Shown one piece after another: positions 36,800 to 40,000 of a stretch of 40,000 nt of DNA. Within the stretch, counting starts at the first letter, position 1. Each line of letters begins with the position of its first letter. Under the pieces are notes generated by a model. That model saw nothing but the letters and a program-made list of their open reading frames with translations, did not search any database and was not told where the DNA came from. Source of the stretch: Bacillus licheniformis DSM 13 = ATCC 14580 (GTDB lineage: Bacteria > Bacillota > Bacilli > Bacillales > Bacillaceae); assembly GCF_000011645.1 (NCBI RefSeq), contig NC_006270.3, positions 1,319,902 to 1,359,901 of the forward strand. The letters run 5' to 3'. A program made the translations under genes and the position numbers.

Positions 36800-37444
36800 A
36801 TGATTCACACGTTGGCAAATGGATTTTACCGCTTTTGCGAGTGGGTGATGCGGCTTGCCTATTTGAATCTGCTGTGGATCGGCTTTACGCTGGCGGGAGC
36901 GGTCATCTTCGGTTTAGCGCCGGCGACCGCCGCGATGTTCGCTGTGACTAGACAGTGGACGCTGGGAAAAACGGATGTCCCGGTGTTTCAGACGTTTTTT
37001 CGGGCGTTTAAAAAGAAATGGGCCAAATCAAGCGTTCTCGGTTTGATATTGGGTCTGGTCGGCTTATTGCTGTTTGTTGATTTTCAGATTGCGGCCGTCT
37101 ATTTTCACGATCAGCCAGTGTTTTTAAGCCTGTTCATCAGTTTGTTTATCATTTATGCCATCATCCTCTTATACGCTTTTCCAATTGATGTCCACTACGA
37201 TTTAAAACGGATTGCAGTGCTGAAATACAGCTTCATCATCGGCTTTTCCCGTCCGCTCACCTCGTTTTTCATGCTGATCAGCGCGTTTGGCATGATTCTG
37301 CTCGCTTTATTTCATGTCACATTTCTTCTGTTTTTCAGCGGCAGCGCTTTAAGCTTCATTTTGACGAAGCTTTCGTTTCAGGCATTCCGTGCAATCGACG
37401 GGCGCCGGACAGACAAGCAGGCTGCCGCCCCACGCTTGAAATGA
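36800..37444 (+). CDS. YesL-like DUF624 integral membrane protein
   Basis: ANGFYRFCEWVMRLAYLNLLWIGFTLAGAVIFGLAPATAAMFAVTRQW; directly upstream of a YesM/YesN type pair; AAAGGAGGGG before the ATG. Confidence 0.82.
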   Translation: MIHTLANGFYRFCEWVMRLAYLNLLWIGFTLAGAVIFGLAPATAAMFAVTRQWTLGKTDVPVFQTFFRAFKKKWAKSSVLGLILGLVGLLLFVDFQIAAVYFHDQPVFLSLFISLFIIYAIILLYAFPIDVHYDLKRIAVLKYSFIIGFSRPLTSFFMLISAFGMILLALFHVTFLLFFSGSALSFILTKLSFQAFRAIDGRRTDKQAAAPRLK

Positions 37445-37457
37445 AGGTGTTCGTTCG

Positions 37458-39194
37458 GTGAACCGGTATCAGCATTTAAAAATTAAAGATCAATTGTTTA
37501 TTTTGATTTCACTGATCATGGCCGTTTCGCTCATCCTGATCTTGAGCGGCATTCAATACGCGTTCCGGGTATATGACCAGCAGATTTACAGGAAGTCGTC
37601 ACAGGTGCTGATGCTATCATCAAAAAGCATTGAAGATGAATTGAAAAAGATTGAGGATGTGTCATATCAAATCACCACTGACGCAGACATCCAAGCGAAC
37701 CTCCTGAAAGCCGGCCGCGGCCAGAACAAATACGGACGCTACCGGATAAAAAGCAAAATTTGGGATAAGCTGGCCGAATATACCGGCTCTAAGCGGTACA
37801 TTAAATCGATTCATTTGTTTGATGCTTCCGGCACCGAGTACTCCGCAGGGGCGAATTTAACCGAAGCATTGCGGGAGCAAAAGAATGCACTGATCGAAAA
37901 AGCGTCGCGCCAAAAAGGCAGCAACATGTGGGAGCCCATGCCGGGTGAAACCGGCGAGCTGTTATCCGTCCGGGAAATCCGCTCCTATGAGCGTTTAAAC
38001 CTTGACCACCTGGGAACAGTGGTGATTGTCGCCGATTTAAAACGGGTGATCGGCGATCTTCCGAAAGACTGGGGGGAAGGCGCGGGCAAGATTGCGATGT
38101 CGGACGGGCGGGAGCTGTTTTTTTCTGAAATGCCTTTCAGCCAAACCGATGGCCTCCGATTGTCTTCTCATGCTGAAAACGGATATGACATTGTGGAGGA
38201 AAACGGCCAGCGGTTTTTCGTTTCATATGTCAAATCAGCGTATAAGAATTGGACATATTGGAGCCTGATCCCCTTTGACGCTATGTTTTCGAAAATTTCT
38301 GCGATGAAGACGATCCTGATTTCCCTTTTTATCCTTTTTTTTCTGATTGCGGTTCTCTTTGGAAGAAAAATGGCCAGGGGCATTACGAGCCCGATTGAGA
38401 AGCTGGTGGCGGCCATGAAAAATGTCCAAAACGGCGATTTTAAACTGGCGCCGCTCACTCGCGCTCCTTTAGACCGGCAGGATGAAGTCAGCGTCTTAAA
38501 CCGCAATTTCTTTACAATGGTTGAACGGATCAATGAACTGATTGCCGAGAACTACAAGAAGCAGCTGATGCTGAAAGAGACGGAATTCAAAGCGCTTCAA
38601 GCGCAAATCAACCCCCACTTTTTATACAACACGCTCGAGTCGATCAACTGGCTTGCAAAAACGAACCGGCAGCCGCAAATTTCAAAGATGACGGAATCTC
38701 TAGGGTTTTTGCTCAGAAATGCCATCAATATGAAAACCGACGTGCTGACGATCGAGGAAGAAGCTGAAATCGTGCGCCACTATTTTACGATTCAGCGGTT
38801 TCGCTTTGAGGAGCGGCTCGTTTTTGAGCTCGACATTGAGCCGGCTGTGAAAAAATGCCGCGTACCTAAGCTTGTTCTCCAGCCTTTGGCTGAAAACGCG
38901 ATTACATATTGCCTTGAGCCCTTCATTGAACCTTGCCATATTCAAATCAAAGCATATAAAAAAGAAGAGCTTGTCTATTTAACGGTTGCCGACAACGGCC
39001 CCGGCATGGATGAAGACTTTTTGGAAAAGGCGAGAAAGGAGCTTGTCCGGACAACCGGGAGAGGAATCGGGCTGCAAAATATCGACGAGCGCATTCAGCT
39101 GATGTTTGGCAAAGGGTATGGCTTGACGATTTCAAGCGAAAAGAATAAGGGAACCGTGATGATGATTAAAATACCATTTCAAAGCGGGGTGTGA
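37458..39194 (+). CDS. YesM-family sensor histidine kinase
   Basis: HAMP (ARGITSPIEKLVAAMKNVQNGDF), His kinase motif QAQINPHFLYNTLESINWLAKTN, HATPase NAITYCLEPF/DNGPGM/GRGIGLQNIDERI. Confidence 0.92.
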   Translation: MNRYQHLKIKDQLFILISLIMAVSLILILSGIQYAFRVYDQQIYRKSSQVLMLSSKSIEDELKKIEDVSYQITTDADIQANLLKAGRGQNKYGRYRIKSKIWDKLAEYTGSKRYIKSIHLFDASGTEYSAGANLTEALREQKNALIEKASRQKGSNMWEPMPGETGELLSVREIRSYERLNLDHLGTVVIVADLKRVIGDLPKDWGEGAGKIAMSDGRELFFSEMPFSQTDGLRLSSHAENGYDIVEENGQRFFVSYVKSAYKNWTYWSLIPFDAMFSKISAMKTILISLFILFFLIAVLFGRKMARGITSPIEKLVAAMKNVQNGDFKLAPLTRAPLDRQDEVSVLNRNFFTMVERINELIAENYKKQLMLKETEFKALQAQINPHFLYNTLESINWLAKTNRQPQISKMTESLGFLLRNAINMKTDVLTIEEEAEIVRHYFTIQRFRFEERLVFELDIEPAVKKCRVPKLVLQPLAENAITYCLEPFIEPCHIQIKAYKKEELVYLTVADNGPGMDEDFLEKARKELVRTTGRGIGLQNIDERIQLMFGKGYGLTISSEKNKGTVMMIKIPFQSGV

Positions 39195-39196
39195 TG

Positions 39197-40000
39197 ATGT
39201 ATAAAGTGCTGTTGGCGGACGATGAACGGATTATTCTTGACGGCATCTCCAGCATGATCGAGTGGAATTCGTTCGGGACGTCTTTGATCGGGGCCGCACA
39301 GAACGGGATTGATGCTTACCGCCTGATTATGGAAAAGCGGCCGGACATTGTGATCAGCGATATTAAAATGCCTGGGATGGGAGGGCTCGAACTGATCGAA
39401 AAAGTGTCCCGCGACCACCCGTCAATCCGGTTTATTTTGCTGACGGGCTTCGGCCAGTTTGAATATGCAAAAAAAGCGATGTCATACGGAGTCAGGCATT
39501 ATTTGCTCAAACCCTGCAATGAGAGCCATATTACAGATTCGCTTCAAAGCGTGATCGGCGAGCTGAAAAAAGAGGAATCGGCGCAAAAAGTGAAAACCGA
39601 TCTGGAGATGATGAAGCCGCATCTTATGAAGCAGATGTTAAAAGAGCTGATCACCGGAGGCGGCATCGAGGATGAAGCGTGCCTGCGCTTTTTTTCAGAG
39701 CAAAAGGCCATCAGGCTGATCCTGTTTTCCGTCCGGGACGGGGAGGATAAAGATTATGCACAAGGCGTTGAATCCATTGCGGATGAGGTGCTGAACGGTG
39801 CTGTCATCGCCTCGGCCCGGGTTCAGCAATTGCTTGTCTGTGCAGTAGACGGAACATTGGCTTCTGCTGTGCTTGAGGAAAAAATGAAAAGCGTCCAAGA
39901 GCTTTCACGCCGCCTGCTCCGATTTGAACCAGAAGCATCACTCAGCGAAAGCGGCAATATCAGCGAAGCCTCCGCGATGTACGAAAAGGCATATAGAAAG
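39197..40000 (+). CDS. YesN-like AraC-family response regulator, 3' end beyond the window
   Basis: Manual translation: MYKVLLADDERIILDGISSMIEWNSFGTSLIGAAQNGIDAYRLIMEKRPDIVISDIKMPGMGGLELIEK...FILLTGFGQFEYAKKAMSYGVRHYLLKPC; absent from the track because it runs off the edge. Confidence 0.85.
   Translation, partial: MYKVLLADDERIILDGISSMIEWNSFGTSLIGAAQNGIDAYRLIMEKRPDIVISDIKMPGMGGLELIEKVSRDHPSIRFILLTGFGQFEYAKKAMSYGVRHYLLKPCNESHITDSLQSVIGELKKEESAQKVKTDLEMMKPHLMKQMLKELITGGGIEDEACLRFFSEQKAIRLILFSVRDGEDKDYAQGVESIADEVLNGAVIASARVQQLLVCAVDGTLASAVLEEKMKSVQELSRRLLRFEPEASLSESGNISEASAMYEKAYRK

Noticed and set aside
1-40000. CRISPR array, tRNA, rRNA, transposon ends, restriction-modification or classical anti-phage defence genes
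   Set aside because: No array-like regularly spaced repeats, no cloverleaf/CCA-type segment, no transposase or endonuclease motifs seen; a full tRNAscan/CRISPR search was not possible.

Overview
The window reads as a Bacillus licheniformis-group chromosome segment; this is inferred from protein similarity and gene order recalled from memory, with no database search. Bases 1-25.5 kb carry a nearly complete PBSX-type (xkd/xtm/xhl) defective-prophage late region: replication-like genes, an Xpf-type sigma-like factor, terminase, portal, protease, capsid, sheath, tube, tail chaperone, tape measure, baseplate, two tandem fibre paralogues, and the holin/lysin cassette. Next come a hexuronate/aldonate catabolic cluster (gntR, rspB-like, uxuA, uxuB-like, yjmD-like, exuT-like; 25.6-31.6 kb), a SpoIIS toxin-antitoxin locus on the minus strand (31.7-32.8 kb), pit/ykaA, ggt, and a YesL-YesM-YesN type membrane protein plus two-component system running off the right edge. 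I found no clearly unprecedented multi-gene system. The strongest sequence-level observations are: (i) a phased A_AAA_AAC heptamer at the 3' end of xkdN that joins it by -1 frameshift to a 60-codon reading frame absent from the ORF track; (ii) two tandem terminator-like hairpins inside the late operon between tube and chaperone genes, and another between xkdP and xkdQ; (iii) near-identical 117-bp tandem repeats in the tape-measure gene; (iv) two small minus-strand ORFs missed by the track that complete a SpoIISA-B-C toxin/antitoxin set, with hairpins of identical stem core around the toxin-antitoxin pair; (v) tandem duplicated tail-fibre genes with divergent centres.
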